A DNA stretch of 64,000 bases from Candidatus Bathyarchaeota archaeon. Lineage in GTDB: Archaea > Thermoproteota > Bathyarchaeia > Bathyarchaeales > Bathyarchaeaceae. The notes beneath the pieces were generated by a model. That model made no database searches and was not told where the DNA came from. It saw only the letters and a list, made by a program, of their open reading frames with translations. The translations under genes and the position numbers were made by a program. Below, one piece after another: positions 17,333 through 26,191 of the stretch. The DNA lies in contig JASFHP010000005.1 of NCBI GenBank assembly GCA_050123155.1, forward strand, positions 16,551-80,550, written 5' to 3'. Position 1 is the stretch's first letter. Each line of letters begins with the position of its first letter.

Positions 17333-18871
17333 ATGTTGAGAAGAAATCTGCCAAGTAGGCGAGAACATGTGAAAAAACGCTCATTGTCTCTGTTTAAAAA
17401 TACAAGTAGCTTGAAATTTGTCGCGGTTTTTGTTTTGGCTCTGGTTTTGAGAGCGTTGCCAGAGTTTTTAAGTGGAAAGTATCCGGTTGGTTTTGATGCT
17501 TTGGGGGGGTATGTTCCCGCTGTTTTGGCTTTGCCTGATGTTTCGCCGATGAGGTTGTTTGGTTGGGTTCATTCGCCTTTGGCGATTTATTTGCTTTGGT
17601 TTGTTCGTGCAGCGACATCTGTTGATGTTTATTTGTTGCTTAAGGTTGTGGGTCCGGTTTTTTTTGGTTTGTTTGGTGTTTCTTTTTGTTATTTGTTGTC
17701 TCGTGGATTGGGATGGGGTGATAAGAAGAGCTTCTTTGTTTCGGTGTTTCTTCTATTGCAGCCAGCGGTGATGAGGATGGGTTGGGATCAGCTTCGCGAG
17801 GAACTGGGGTTGATGTTTTTGTTTGTGTTGTTGGCTGTAACGAAGATGGATTTGGTGAAGGGGGCAAGGTGTAAGCCTTTCTTGGTTGTTGTTTTGTCTG
17901 TGTTGATTGTTTTTTCGCATCAGCTTGCAGCGATATTGTTTTTTGTTATCGTTATTTTCCAAGTGTTTGGTGTTATGATCAAGAAACGAAAAGAGTTCTG
18001 GTATGGCGTGGCAGCAGTTTTTCCTGCGGCATGTTTCTTTGTTTGGCAACTTTACATGTCGTATTTTGTTGACATTGATTTTAGCGCTCATTTTGTTCCG
18101 CTTCGTTTATCAGGCAATACGGGAAATTTTGTGTTTTCGAATTATTTTTTAAGTGACCCACGTTTTTTGGGTGGGGACTACTGGAGAATTTTGAGTTATG
18201 TTGGATGTTTGAGTTTATACGTTGTTGTTCCGTTGATTCCGCTTGCTGCGAAAGGATTTTTTAAAGACAAAGTTTTCATGCCTATGCTTGGCTGGCTGTG
18301 TGTAATGTCTTTCAGTATTCTTGTTTGCCCATGGTATGCATTCGCGGAGTATTGGTGGTGGATTTTGTTGTTGCCGATTCCGCTTACGGTTTTTGCTGGG
18401 GAGGGGTTGGGTAGGTTGAGGGTGTTTAGTGATTTTAGGCAGTTTAGAAAGGCTATTATTGGCGTTGCGTTGTTGGGGGTGGTGGCTTTTGGTTATGCTG
18501 CATCAGTGATTCCAGTAGGTTACCCTTATGCTTACTATTACATGCCTTCTGGGCTTGTGGAATCTTCAGTCCCACTCGAAGACATACCAGACATAAAATC
18601 TGCATTCCAATGGCTTAATGAGAATGCTCAATTAAACTCTTTTATTGTTGTTCCAGAAAAAATGCAGGGTCTGGCTTACACTGAAACACGTGATGATTTC
18701 TTGATTCGGGTTTTACCGCCGCTACTGACATTAACTGACGAATATCTGCCTGAAAACATTGACACGAAGAGCATTTATGCGGTGGAATACACAAAAAACA
18801 TTGATTCTGAAACATTTTCTGGATTACAGGTGGCAGAATCTGGAAAAATTTCTGTGTTCAAAATGCCATGA
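17333..18871 (+). CDS. Polytopic integral membrane protein (512 aa) with C-terminal soluble region; extreme G/T codon bias in its first ~385 codons
   Basis: Long ORF with at least 10 hydrophobic helices. The minus-strand ORFs overlapping it are low-complexity P/T/Q/K artefacts. Confidence 0.7.
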   Translation: MLRRNLPSRREHVKKRSLSLFKNTSSLKFVAVFVLALVLRALPEFLSGKYPVGFDALGGYVPAVLALPDVSPMRLFGWVHSPLAIYLLWFVRAATSVDVYLLLKVVGPVFFGLFGVSFCYLLSRGLGWGDKKSFFVSVFLLLQPAVMRMGWDQLREELGLMFLFVLLAVTKMDLVKGARCKPFLVVVLSVLIVFSHQLAAILFFVIVIFQVFGVMIKKRKEFWYGVAAVFPAACFFVWQLYMSYFVDIDFSAHFVPLRLSGNTGNFVFSNYFLSDPRFLGGDYWRILSYVGCLSLYVVVPLIPLAAKGFFKDKVFMPMLGWLCVMSFSILVCPWYAFAEYWWWILLLPIPLTVFAGEGLGRLRVFSDFRQFRKAIIGVALLGVVAFGYAASVIPVGYPYAYYYMPSGLVESSVPLEDIPDIKSAFQWLNENAQLNSFIVVPEKMQGLAYTETRDDFLIRVLPPLLTLTDEYLPENIDTKSIYAVEYTKNIDSETFSGLQVAESGKISVFKMP

Positions 18872-18882
18872 ATGAAAAAGGT

Positions 18883-21552
18883 CTACTTGCGACGCAACAC
18901 CTTTATGGTTTCAACGAAAAGCATAATGAAAGCAAACAAAAGAAGCAATATCATTTCAGTGATTACACTATCGGACAGATACATGGATAGAATAAAACCA
19001 TTTATAGGTATACTAGGACTCATCGCAGGATACATTTTAATCCAGTCCCCAGTGTATGACACGAGTAAGCCGTGCATCGCAAAAACTGAGGCGAATGTTA
19101 GTACACTCATCACAAAAAGTTTTGTTCGTCGATTGATTAGTTTATATGATGCAAACAAATACGCTAGTCCAAAAACAAGATAGCGTGCAGTAGTTTTAGT
19201 AAGAAACATTGTAGAAGCAAACATCATTACACTTAGTAATAATGCAGCGGTTCCAGGTGATTTTGCAGTCTTTTTTGTGGCAAGATACACTAATGTCAAA
19301 GAAATTATAATAAATATGATTTCTCCTGCAAGTAGATAAGAAACGCCAAAGACTGGGTCTTTGATGTAATCAGGAACCCACATTCGGTCTCTTGAACGTG
19401 TTCCCCCAAAATAAGTAATAAGTGGCCAGATATTGTATCCATCTGGGGATACTGCGGCGCTTCGTGGATATTGAAATGTTACAGTTCCAAATTGGAAAAC
19501 TCTGAAAAACGTTGAAGATATTAGCATTGACGGAGAAGCTCCAGAGGCGATAAATGGCAAGATAACAGCGATTCCTGATGTAAGACCCGTGATGACACCA
19601 TCAATCAGGTTACGGATTCCAAATTTTCGTATTAGCAAAAAGCCCATCAAAGCTGCGGGTGCAAAAGCGGTAGCTTTTACCATGATTGCAAGTGCGAGAC
19701 TGGAAAACGCAGTTTTCGGATGGTTAGATTCGTATGCCCAAAGTGCCAGAAATAGGAATAGAATCAGAAGGGAATCCTGATGACCCCAAACAGCTGCATC
19801 ATAGATTATAAGAGGATTTAGCAGAAAAGCGAGCATTGTAATAAATGATGTTCGCCAAGAACTGCGATATGTTCTCATTATTTTGAAAACAATGAAGCCA
19901 CACGCCAGAGTAGTTATTGTTTGGAACGATTTTACAACAACGGTAAGAAAAGGGTCGTAAACATTTGGATTTGAAGAAAACAAAAAGTAAATGTGCCCAA
20001 TAACGTAATAGTATAATCCTGCAAGGGGCGAGTAAGCAAAAATCGCATGTTGTGTCCCGGCACCAGCGAACATAGAGGCGGCAGAAGTGACGGCAGGACG
20101 CTGATATAGTGACAAAAGACCATATTTTGCCATATCGTAACTCCAAAGTTTTTGAGAAAACATATCAAATGCATGGTCGCCCAGACCAAACAAAAAGAAG
20201 TATATTATGAATATTCCTACAAAGGTCACAGCAAAAAGACATATCTTGGAATGCTCAAAAAGCTTGAGTTTACCGTAAACAGTTTTTATCAATTTAATTA
20301 AATCTGAAAAATAGAAATATACCACAAATCCCGTCACAACTACTAACGCCAAGAAAGCAATAAGGAACACTGGCGTTAATGGAGCATAAGCCAAAGAATG
20401 AGGCAGAATATTGATAGTTAAATCAGAAATATCAACATCTATTTCTCCTTTGGGACTATCAATATTACCTACAGCAAGTTCATTTAACTCCCAAGTTCCC
20501 ACCGAATTGGGAAAATCTACACCCATATGACTTACTGAACTGAAATTAATAGAACCAACAACATCATCAGGATTCAGTAGGTCTAAGAACACTCTTTTAA
20601 CACCAACAAAATCGTCTTTGAGATAAAAAAAGATTCTATTATCCCAATCAGTGTTTAACCACAATCTAAGAGACTTAGTTGTTCCAGAACCATTCAATAC
20701 CAAAAAGATAGAATCATATGACCCCAAGTCAACAGGGGATTCGAAAACATGTTCGATATAGTTTTGAGCATAACTTCCTTCAGCAATAGTGAACGTATCC
20801 TCAAGATGAATTAAAGTTGAATTTCCTTGCCCCTCCCCAAAATTTTTGGCAGTCCAAAAGTTATCTCCAGCCAAAACTAATGAATCAGAAGCCAATGTAC
20901 TTGCACCCGAAACTTCAACCGAAATCAATCGTGATTGGTCTCTGAGAAGACTCTGAACCTCCGATTGAAAGCTTGCAGTTACAGAATGTGTTCTATTATC
21001 AGCAGTTATTGATATCGATTCAACAGAAGATTGAACTGTACTGATTTCAATTAAAAACTCCACAGGTTGACCGATGGAGTACATGAGCATTTTTTCATTT
21101 CGCATTAAATGACCATTTGAATCATGAAGTTCCAAATGAACAAACTGGTCTGAAGAAGAAAAATGAAGTTGAAGTTGATTAGGATTTAGAGGAAATGAAA
21201 CAATTAGACGCACAGGATATGAGTGAAGAGATTGATTGTTAACAGTTACTTTAAAGGAAGCAGTGTAAGGAAGGTCTGAAAGTGCAAGATGTATGTCCTC
21301 GACACCAGGACCAACACTCTTCACGTTAATGTTGGTTGAATTTAACTGAACGTCAAAATTAGAATTTGACTCAATATACAAATTTGATGCGTCAAAACCA
21401 GAAAGAGTCCCATATGACTCAGAAGTAGGCCAAGGATAAATTATAATCCCAATAATAAGACAGACAAGAAGTATCTTCACCAAGTTGATTCTGTCAGTTG
21501 TTATTTGCTTCAAACTACTTATAACATCACAAACTTTTTCAATCATTTTCAA
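18883..21552 (-). CDS. Giant membrane protein: ~400 aa extracytoplasmic N-terminal domain plus a GT-C-like polytopic C-terminal half. It is the terminal gene of glycan operon B.
   Basis: 889 aa. N-terminal anchor, then a beta-rich domain. The C-terminal half has GLGDHAFDM in the first loop and NPLIIYDAAVWGHQDSLLILFLFLALWAY. These resemble loop motifs of GT-C / DUF2029 / PMT_2-type lipid-linked-sugar transferases, recognised by pattern only. Confidence 0.7.
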   Translation of the reverse strand: MKMIEKVCDVISSLKQITTDRINLVKILLVCLIIGIIIYPWPTSESYGTLSGFDASNLYIESNSNFDVQLNSTNINVKSVGPGVEDIHLALSDLPYTASFKVTVNNQSLHSYPVRLIVSFPLNPNQLQLHFSSSDQFVHLELHDSNGHLMRNEKMLMYSIGQPVEFLIEISTVQSSVESISITADNRTHSVTASFQSEVQSLLRDQSRLISVEVSGASTLASDSLVLAGDNFWTAKNFGEGQGNSTLIHLEDTFTIAEGSYAQNYIEHVFESPVDLGSYDSIFLVLNGSGTTKSLRLWLNTDWDNRIFFYLKDDFVGVKRVFLDLLNPDDVVGSINFSSVSHMGVDFPNSVGTWELNELAVGNIDSPKGEIDVDISDLTINILPHSLAYAPLTPVFLIAFLALVVVTGFVVYFYFSDLIKLIKTVYGKLKLFEHSKICLFAVTFVGIFIIYFFLFGLGDHAFDMFSQKLWSYDMAKYGLLSLYQRPAVTSAASMFAGAGTQHAIFAYSPLAGLYYYVIGHIYFLFSSNPNVYDPFLTVVVKSFQTITTLACGFIVFKIMRTYRSSWRTSFITMLAFLLNPLIIYDAAVWGHQDSLLILFLFLALWAYESNHPKTAFSSLALAIMVKATAFAPAALMGFLLIRKFGIRNLIDGVITGLTSGIAVILPFIASGASPSMLISSTFFRVFQFGTVTFQYPRSAAVSPDGYNIWPLITYFGGTRSRDRMWVPDYIKDPVFGVSYLLAGEIIFIIISLTLVYLATKKTAKSPGTAALLLSVMMFASTMFLTKTTARYLVFGLAYLFASYKLINRRTKLFVMSVLTFASVFAMHGLLVSYTGDWIKMYPAMSPSIPINGFILSMYLSDSVITEMILLLLFAFIMLFVETIKVLRRK

Positions 21553-21575
21553 GTCTTACATGAGTTATAAAATTC

Positions 21576-22322
21576 TTATTTGCGGGTCATTATTACTAGC
21601 GAAATTGTGCCGTGATTAGGTAATACTAGGTTAGCGAATCTTTCAAAAAGGTCAACAAGAACGACAGCGTTCTTTGAAAGGAACTTGTCTGCAAAGGGTT
21701 GCAAAACGTGATAACTTCTGCAAGTGATTGTTGATGAATCAAACTTTAGAAATTTTTGTTTAAGCTTCGAAATAGGAAAGATGTGAAAATGTCCCACAGT
21801 TCTATCAATACTAGCAAGTTTTTTAGGAAAAAGGAAGCCCCATATTCCTCTAAAAACTCCTTCGCATGGAGTAGTTATTACTACCAACCCTTTAGAAACA
21901 CGATGAAGCTCAGAAATAACCTTATCATACGCAGGTATGTGCTCAATAACATCTGCACAGATAACTATGTCAAAAAAGTTGGGTCTAAAAGGAAGCAAAT
22001 CAGAACTAGCACAGATTCGAGCATCAACTAAGCTTCGAACTCGTTTCAGATAAGATTTTGAGATATCCAAACTCACAACATTGCCATCTAAATTTTTTGC
22101 ATATACACTAAGTTCGCCAGAGCCACAACCAGCATCAAGCACAAGATTGTTCTGACGAAGCTCAGAATCCAGCAATTCAAAGACTAAGGACGCTTTCTTT
22201 TGATGATAGCGTCTCTCCCAAAAAGCACTAGAATTATATCGATTAGCATTGGACCCTTCTTGTTCATAGAAAGATCGAATATCAATGCATTGATTATCTT
22301 CAAGTTTGGTCTGCAGTATTAT
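21576..22322 (-). CDS. Class I SAM-dependent methyltransferase
   Basis: VLDAGCGSGELS (motif I) and ADVIEHI. The first canonical start (TTG 22175) leaves only 11 aa before motif I. The frame is open and protein-like for 49 more codons up to a TGA at 22328-22326, so the start is placed provisionally at ATA 22322 (see finding). Confidence 0.7.
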   Translation of the reverse strand: MILQTKLEDNQCIDIRSFYEQEGSNANRYNSSAFWERRYHQKKASLVFELLDSELRQNNLVLDAGCGSGELSVYAKNLDGNVVSLDISKSYLKRVRSLVDARICASSDLLPFRPNFFDIVICADVIEHIPAYDKVISELHRVSKGLVVITTPCEGVFRGIWGFLFPKKLASIDRTVGHFHIFPISKLKQKFLKFDSSTITCRSYHVLQPFADKFLSKNAVVLVDLFERFANLVLPNHGTISLVIMTRK

Positions 22323-23467
22323 GCCTCATTTAAAGATAGCGTATCATTAAGCAGGTGGTCAAATTTGAGGGCTGATTTTTCCCATGTGAAGTTTTGAGCC
22401 CACGAAAATGCGTTCTTTGATAGTTTAGTCCACAATTCTTTGTCGACAAACAGTTTTGTTAATGCATCCGAGAATGCTTCAATGTCGCCGTATGGATAAA
22501 CTAGTCCATTATGGCCGTTTATCACGACATCTCCTGGAACCCCATCACTAACAACAACAGGAGTGCCACACCGATTAGCTTCCATCACAACAATACTAAA
22601 ACCTTCCACAGGAGAAGGCTGAACCAAAACACTTGCTCGTTCCAACAAATCAAGCTTTTCGGCTTCTGAGATGTTAAATCTGAACTCCACGTTATCACTT
22701 ACATCCAAATTTTCAGCTAAACCACGAAGTTCATCAACATAATCAGCGTCAATTTCACTGACTTTACCTGCAATAACAAGCGTGTAGTTTTCGTTAGTTT
22801 TTTTAATGACCTCCGCAAGCGCCATAATCGCATGGTCAGGACGTTTATACCGTCGTATTTTTCCCAACCAAACGATAACATTTTCTCGCTCCTCACTCAT
22901 CTTCGCATTATCAAACAACCCTCCAACACCATCATAAATTACCCGTATGCTCTCGCGGTCAAATCCGAGAGTTGCAAGCTTTTCTCTAGCGCCTTTTGAC
23001 GGATTTATAATAGTGCGCTTCCTGTACAATCTCGCTTGAAAGAACTCAAAAAAAGAAAGAACAGCAGCCACAGGATAGGAGTACTGTTCATGAAAGATTT
23101 TATCATGCTTTTGATGCCAAACTGCAACTAATGGCTCCTTAACATACACTGTGCAAAAAAATGGAAAACGCTGACCGCCAATAGCTTCTTCTACAACAAC
23201 ATCAAAATTGCCTTTCAATCTTTTGATGTACATCTTCAAGATTTTAAAAGGCAAACTCCAAACACCTTTTAACCTAACAAACTCAACTCCATCAATTACT
23301 TCTCTCTTTTTAGAATCTGGAAAACTACTGCAAATAATGGTTACGTGATTGCCTAAGTTGGACAAACCTTTGGCTAATTCCCAGAGATAAAAATCTCCGC
23401 CCACTGCTGATGGATTCATAAAATCTCGGTAAACAATAAATAAAACTCGTAATTGAGGTCCATCCAT
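22319..23467 (-). CDS. GT4-family (GT-B fold) glycosyltransferase
   Basis: ..VGGDFYLWELAKGLSNLGHVT..; C-terminal EGFSIVVMEANRCGTPVVVSD (E-x7-E region). Length is 382 aa. Confidence 0.85.
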   Translation of the reverse strand: MDGPQLRVLFIVYRDFMNPSAVGGDFYLWELAKGLSNLGNHVTIICSSFPDSKKREVIDGVEFVRLKGVWSLPFKILKMYIKRLKGNFDVVVEEAIGGQRFPFFCTVYVKEPLVAVWHQKHDKIFHEQYSYPVAAVLSFFEFFQARLYRKRTIINPSKGAREKLATLGFDRESIRVIYDGVGGLFDNAKMSEERENVIVWLGKIRRYKRPDHAIMALAEVIKKTNENYTLVIAGKVSEIDADYVDELRGLAENLDVSDNVEFRFNISEAEKLDLLERASVLVQPSPVEGFSIVVMEANRCGTPVVVSDGVPGDVVINGHNGLVYPYGDIEAFSDALTKLFVDKELWTKLSKNAFSWAQNFTWEKSALKFDHLLNDTLSLNEA

Positions 23468-23473
23468 AAGAAA

Positions 23474-24268
23474 TCAGTGGAAGATTATGTCCCATAGCAT
23501 TTTTAGTCCCACTTTTAGTCCTAGTAGTTTGTTGCCTCCGGCGCCTTTAGAAACACCCACACGTTTCCGAAAAGTAACCGGAACCTGAACCACCTTCAAC
23601 CCTTTCTTCAAAGCCACCTTCAACATATGCGGAGAGAAATCATGACCACCTGCACTCAAATCGTCAATAATATCCATCAACGCATCTTTCCTGATCGCCC
23701 TCAAAGTACAACCAACATCAGTAAACCGCGCCTTACCCAAAAACTTGGAATTAAAAAACCTCAACTGCAACATCTTAGCCACAAACAAATTCCCCCAAAC
23801 ATAAAACCAATCCATCTGCGAATCAGAATCAACCAAAGCCATATGCGTTCGGCTGCCAACAACCAAATCCGCATCATCCAAAAAAGGAAGCAACTTCCAA
23901 ATATCCCTACCCCTAAAAGTCATATCACCCTCAGACAAAACAATAACATCCGCATCCACACCATACAAAGCCTCCTTCAGCCCCCGCATACAAGCAAAGC
24001 CATAACCCTGCTTATGTTCCTTAACAACCCGAGCCCCAGCATCCTTCGCAAACCTAGCGGTTGCATCTCTACTATTATTATCAACAACAATCACATTAAC
24101 AACATTAAACTGAGAAAGAAACTCATCAACGACATATGGAATAGAAACTTCATCATCATAAGCCGTCAACACAACACACACTCTTTTCTCAAAAAGCGAA
24201 CCCCTAAACGGAACAGCATTATCATCAAAAGCACGCCTAACAACGTCTAACTCGGTCATCACACACAC
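23474..24268 (-). CDS. DPM1-like GT2 (soluble form); extreme G/T codon bias
   Basis: VVLTAYDDEVSIPYVV..VVDNNSRDATARFA..KQGYGFA..LSEGDMTF. Length is 264 aa. Confidence 0.8.
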   Translation of the reverse strand: MCVMTELDVVRRAFDDNAVPFRGSLFEKRVCVVLTAYDDEVSIPYVVDEFLSQFNVVNVIVVDNNSRDATARFAKDAGARVVKEHKQGYGFACMRGLKEALYGVDADVIVLSEGDMTFRGRDIWKLLPFLDDADLVVGSRTHMALVDSDSQMDWFYVWGNLFVAKMLQLRFFNSKFLGKARFTDVGCTLRAIRKDALMDIIDDLSAGGHDFSPHMLKVALKKGLKVVQVPVTFRKRVGVSKGAGGNKLLGLKVGLKMLWDIIFH

Positions 24269-24365
24269 CTAAAACCGCTTTTACAGCCGTAGAATACCGG
24301 AAGCTGTTTCACCGAAAACAGAGTCACTCTGAACAACCACAAAACTAAGGTAAATAACTCACAAA

Positions 24366-25631
24366 TCAAAGCATACAGCCTTCAGATGTAGCCAAATGTT
24401 TTGTTGTTTTTCCCGTTTTTGTTGTCTTTTCCCATTTTCTGGGTCTTCTTAACAAAATCTGGAGAAAAGCATAGGAAGCCACAAAATTCTGGATAAACCA
24501 GTAACAATATATGAAAGGTAACCAAAGAAGGTTCGATACTTTCCGCGGCTTCTCAGCAAAAATCATGGCGATTCCAGCCAGAGCTAATAGAAGAAACGTA
24601 AACAATGTAGTGATGTTAGCCAATAAAATGAATGCTAGGTCGGGCTTCATTGGAATGAAAAGCGATGAGAAAGTAGCAAAGTAACCGATTAAGCAACAAA
24701 TCAAAACAAATGGTCCAGCCAAGGTAATCTCTGCATCTAATGATTTCTTAGTCGGACGTTCTAGTAGACTGCCATACCTAAGGCTTACCTCCATTGTCCC
24801 CCTGAACCACCTCGTTCTCTGCTTAAAGAATCCAGAAACCGTAGCCGGATATTCCTGCCAAGACTTCACATCCGAAGCATAACGGATCTTGTAACCATTT
24901 TTGGTTAGCCTAGCCGCCAACTCCATATCCTCAGATAGAACCTCGCCATTCCATCCTCCCACATTATCAAGAACAGATCTTCTGACAAAGTAACAACTGC
25001 CAGTCAAAGGAACGAAGAGCCCCAATACATCCTTGCCTCTCATATAAGCCTCACACCTCAAAGCCTCCTCTTGGGACACAAATTTGGTCAAAATATTTTC
25101 GTCCTCATTAACCGCAATCAGTCTCCCCTGCACAGCGGCCACTGAAGAGCCCTCAAAGTAACTTGCAGCTCTCAAAAGAAAGTCCGGTTCAGGAACATTG
25201 TCTGCATCAAGGACAGCCACAATCTCCCCACTAACATGCTTGAGAGCCTCCTTTAGAGCCGAGGGCTTCCCATCTGAAACAGAACGCCTCACCAGCTTCA
25301 CTTGACTCTGATGCTTCTCCGCGAATCTCCTGCAAATCTCACCAGTTCTGTCTATACTGCCATCTTCAACAATAACAATCTCTTTTTTGTCTTGAGGATA
25401 ATCGGCCTTCGCGAGCGCCTTGAGAAGCCGACCTACAACTTTCTCTTCATCCTTCACGGGAACAATAAGGGATATTGCGGGCAGGCTTTTCTGGCTGCCA
25501 CCAGAAAATTTCCTTTTTTGTTTGCCTGAGCGAAGGTTTCTGACCCCGGCAACAACAATGGGTATGTTGTACAAGGTCCAGACGTAAATTAGAGTGATAA
25601 CAAGAAAAGTGACAAAATATAGCGGATTCAT
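24366..25631 (-). CDS. Processive-type GT2 (NodC/IcaA/cellulose-synthase-like) with N- and C-terminal TM helices
   Basis: SLIVPVKDEEKVV..IVEDGSIDRT..VLDADNVPEPDF..VLSEDMELA..FKQRTRWFRG (the QxxRW processivity motif). Length is 421 aa. Confidence 0.85.
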   Translation of the reverse strand: MNPLYFVTFLVITLIYVWTLYNIPIVVAGVRNLRSGKQKRKFSGGSQKSLPAISLIVPVKDEEKVVGRLLKALAKADYPQDKKEIVIVEDGSIDRTGEICRRFAEKHQSQVKLVRRSVSDGKPSALKEALKHVSGEIVAVLDADNVPEPDFLLRAASYFEGSSVAAVQGRLIAVNEDENILTKFVSQEEALRCEAYMRGKDVLGLFVPLTGSCYFVRRSVLDNVGGWNGEVLSEDMELAARLTKNGYKIRYASDVKSWQEYPATVSGFFKQRTRWFRGTMEVSLRYGSLLERPTKKSLDAEITLAGPFVLICCLIGYFATFSSLFIPMKPDLAFILLANITTLFTFLLLALAGIAMIFAEKPRKVSNLLWLPFIYCYWFIQNFVASYAFLQILLRRPRKWEKTTKTGKTTKHLATSEGCML

Positions 25632-25665
25632 GTCAGTTGAAGCACTTTGTAGTTTCTAGTTGCAC

Positions 25666-26073
25666 CTAAGTTTTGAAAGCCGACAGGTTACTTACTGTCA
25701 AATATTGGATGAAACCATGATCATTCGCCCAGGACTTAGCTGCTCGGTTACCCCAAGCTTCTCCTATCCCAGCGATCTTCTCAGCTAGGCTTCGCCCCTC
25801 GGTTCTCATGAGGCGAAATATTCTGCTTTCTATGGCTTCACACAATTTACTAACTATTCGGGAAACAATTTTAGCCAAGAGAAAGCTGCGAACCGTTTCG
25901 ACAACGCTGATCGTCAAATTCAGAAGCTTTCTTTCACTATGCTTCAAATCTCTGAACCATGCTCCTCTTCGCAATGCCTTCAGCCTCAGCTTGACCAAAG
26001 CTTCCCTGGTGAGGGGGATAGGTGTTCGAGTGTTCACAGGAGTCTTATTTGATTTTCCTGATTTGACACTCAA
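25666..26073 (-). CDS. Uncharacterised Arg/Lys-rich helical protein (copy B); partner of the AbrB-like gene
   Basis: Paralog of 6856-7251, with the same 29-nt overlap with the upstream AbrB-like ORF. Confidence 0.65.
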   Translation of the reverse strand: MSVKSGKSNKTPVNTRTPIPLTREALVKLRLKALRRGAWFRDLKHSERKLLNLTISVVETVRSFLLAKIVSRIVSKLCEAIESRIFRLMRTEGRSLAEKIAGIGEAWGNRAAKSWANDHGFIQYLTVSNLSAFKT

Positions 26074-26191
26074 CCAAATCTCCCTCCTCGAGATCGTAAG
26101 CGTCCCTGAGTTCTTTCGGAACAGTGACCCTTCCCTCTTTTCTCATGTAAACCGTGAAGGTGATTCCCGCTTTGCTGTTATTTGACATCAT
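26045..26191 (-). CDS. AbrB/SpoVT-type small DNA-binding protein (copy B)
   Basis: Hand-translated and absent from the track because it is under 60 aa: MMSNNSKAGITFTVYMRKEGRVTVPKELRDAYDLEEGDLVECQIRKIK. GGAG lies 6 nt upstream of ATG 26191; the alternative in-frame ATG is at 26215. About 80% identical to copy A. Confidence 0.7.
   Translation of the reverse strand: MMSNNSKAGITFTVYMRKEGRVTVPKELRDAYDLEEGDLVECQIRKIK

Noticed and set aside
17394-18091. Three minus-strand ORFs (74, 75 and 112 aa) rich in P/T/Q/K/N
   Set aside because: They lie antisense to the 512-aa membrane-protein gene, and the same skew artefact applies. They have no protein-like pattern.
23627-24250. 207-aa plus-strand ORF (N/I/Q/P/K-rich) opposite the DPM1-like GT2
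   Set aside because: It is low-complexity and lies antisense to a gene with clear GT2 motifs. It is stop-free only because the plus strand here is almost devoid of G. It is an artefact of the compositional skew.
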